A DNA stretch of 61,553 nt, the filler included, from Nitrospirae bacterium CG2_30_53_67 (lineage in GTDB: Bacteria > CG2-30-53-67), in NCBI GenBank assembly GCA_001873285.1. It is 6 parts of 6 records of this genome, joined end to end, with 100 filler letters (N's around TTAATTAATTAA, not from the genome) between each part and the next. Parts side by side here need not be neighbours in the genome. Positions count along the whole stretch, not along the records: positions 52,954 to 61,553 come from MNYV01000147.1; 5 more parts are not named here. One strand, 5' to 3'. The notes beneath the pieces are model-generated. The model did not search any database, was not told the origin of the DNA, and saw only the letters and a list, made by a program, of their open reading frames with translations. Below, in pieces: positions 60,924 to 61,553 of the stretch. The position numbers and the translations under genes are program-made. Each line of letters starts with the position of its first letter. Positions within the stretch are counted from its first letter, which is position 1.

Positions 60924-60966
60924 AACCACAGAGTGCTGAGAGAAATACTCTGTGTTCTCTGTGGTT
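60924..60966. repeat. Short inverted repeat aaccacagag/ctctgtggtt
   Basis: Perfect 10-bp arms with internal 9-mer repetition. Confidence 0.6.
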
Positions 60967-61005
60967 AGGTTTTGACAATACGAATTTTGGTAAAAGGAGA
61001 AAACC

Positions 61006-61461
61006 ATGAGCTTTAAGTCCATAGAGGATATCATCAAGTACGCTATAGAAAAAGAAGCAGAGGCGGTGAAGTTCTATACCGATGCGGGAAAGCAGGAGAA
61101 ATACAGCGCGGCCAGGAAGACCTTTGAGTCCTTTGCCGATGAGGAGAAAAAGCACAAGGCCATGCTCGAAAACCTCGATCCCAAAAACGTGGCCGGGTTC
61201 AAGCCGGCAGGGATCGCCGACCTCAAGCGCAGCGACTACATGGTTGATATTGCATACAAGGCGGGCATGTCCTACCCGGATATCCTGAGGCTGGCTATGA
61301 AGCGGGAGGAGAAAGCCAAGAAATTCTATGACGACTGCGCCGGCCGTGTGGATGCAGGCGGCCATAAGAAGCTCTTCCAGATGCTCTCGCAGGAAGAGGC
61401 CAAACACAAACTGGCGCTTGAAACCCTCTACGACAACATCATGGCAAAAGGCGGAGATTAA
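61006..61461 (+). CDS. Ferritin-like/rubrerythrin-family protein
   Basis: EKEAEAVKFY...EEKKH; REEKAKKFY...EEAKH. Confidence 0.87.
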   Translation: MSFKSIEDIIKYAIEKEAEAVKFYTDAGKQEKYSAARKTFESFADEEKKHKAMLENLDPKNVAGFKPAGIADLKRSDYMVDIAYKAGMSYPDILRLAMKREEKAKKFYDDCAGRVDAGGHKKLFQMLSQEEAKHKLALETLYDNIMAKGGD

Positions 61462-61471
61462 AATTTCCTAC

Positions 61472-61553
61472 CTAAAAGGGGAGGATGATGTCCTGATCAT
61501 TCATCAGGTTGATGATCTCCTGATCTGTAACCACCTCCACGTCAATGATCAGG
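61472..61553 (-). CDS. Probable DsrF/TusC C-terminus (5' beyond window; not in ORF track)
   Basis: LIIDVEVVTDQEIINLMNDQDIILPF* resembles recalled DsrF C-termini. Confidence 0.55.
   Translation of the reverse strand, partial: LIIDVEVVTDQEIINLMNDQDIILPF

Noticed and set aside
56357..61037. Long minus-strand ORFs (549, 245 and 463 aa)
   Set aside because: Antisense shadows of dsrL/nfnA/nfnB caused by GC-rich codon bias.

Overview
Bacterial draft or metagenome-assembled sequence. Six contigs are joined by five artificial 100-bp spacers (N44-TTAATTAATTAA-N44), so adjacency across a spacer means nothing. The gene content suggests a diderm anaerobe with dissimilatory sulfur metabolism, Nitrospirota/Desulfobacterota-like (inference). 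Contig 1: hisC-pheA, USP, Moco genes, an rpiB stub, ferredoxin, and a sigma54-driven amt-glnK-amt-porin operon. Contig 2: the 3' end of a group II intron, an IS1-like remnant, an AT-rich ParA-like ATPase/HEPN islet, two four-helix-bundle genes, two class II RNRs (nrdJ), tRNA-Sec and mutS. Contig 3: TA-like cassettes with attC-like ends, glgB, fusA and smc. Contig 4: PilF-like TPR, PfkB, mtnP, NRAMP/MgtE-N and MrfAB-like genes. Contig 5: beta-oxidation and ETF genes. Contig 6: dsrABDL, a ferritin-like gene, nfnAB and a second ferritin-like gene, facing a probable dsrF C-terminus. The most notable signals are three. (1) A four-helix-bundle gene is enclosed by 65-nt heptamer-built inverted arms directly upstream of tRNA-Sec, and an empty copy of the same shell lies at the window start. 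(2) An NADP(H)-type DsrL is co-operonic with NfnAB and abuts a DsrF-like gene despite dsrD being present. (3) Several nested MITE families show visible filled versus empty sites. All calls come from reading the sequence and recalled family motifs; no database searches were run.
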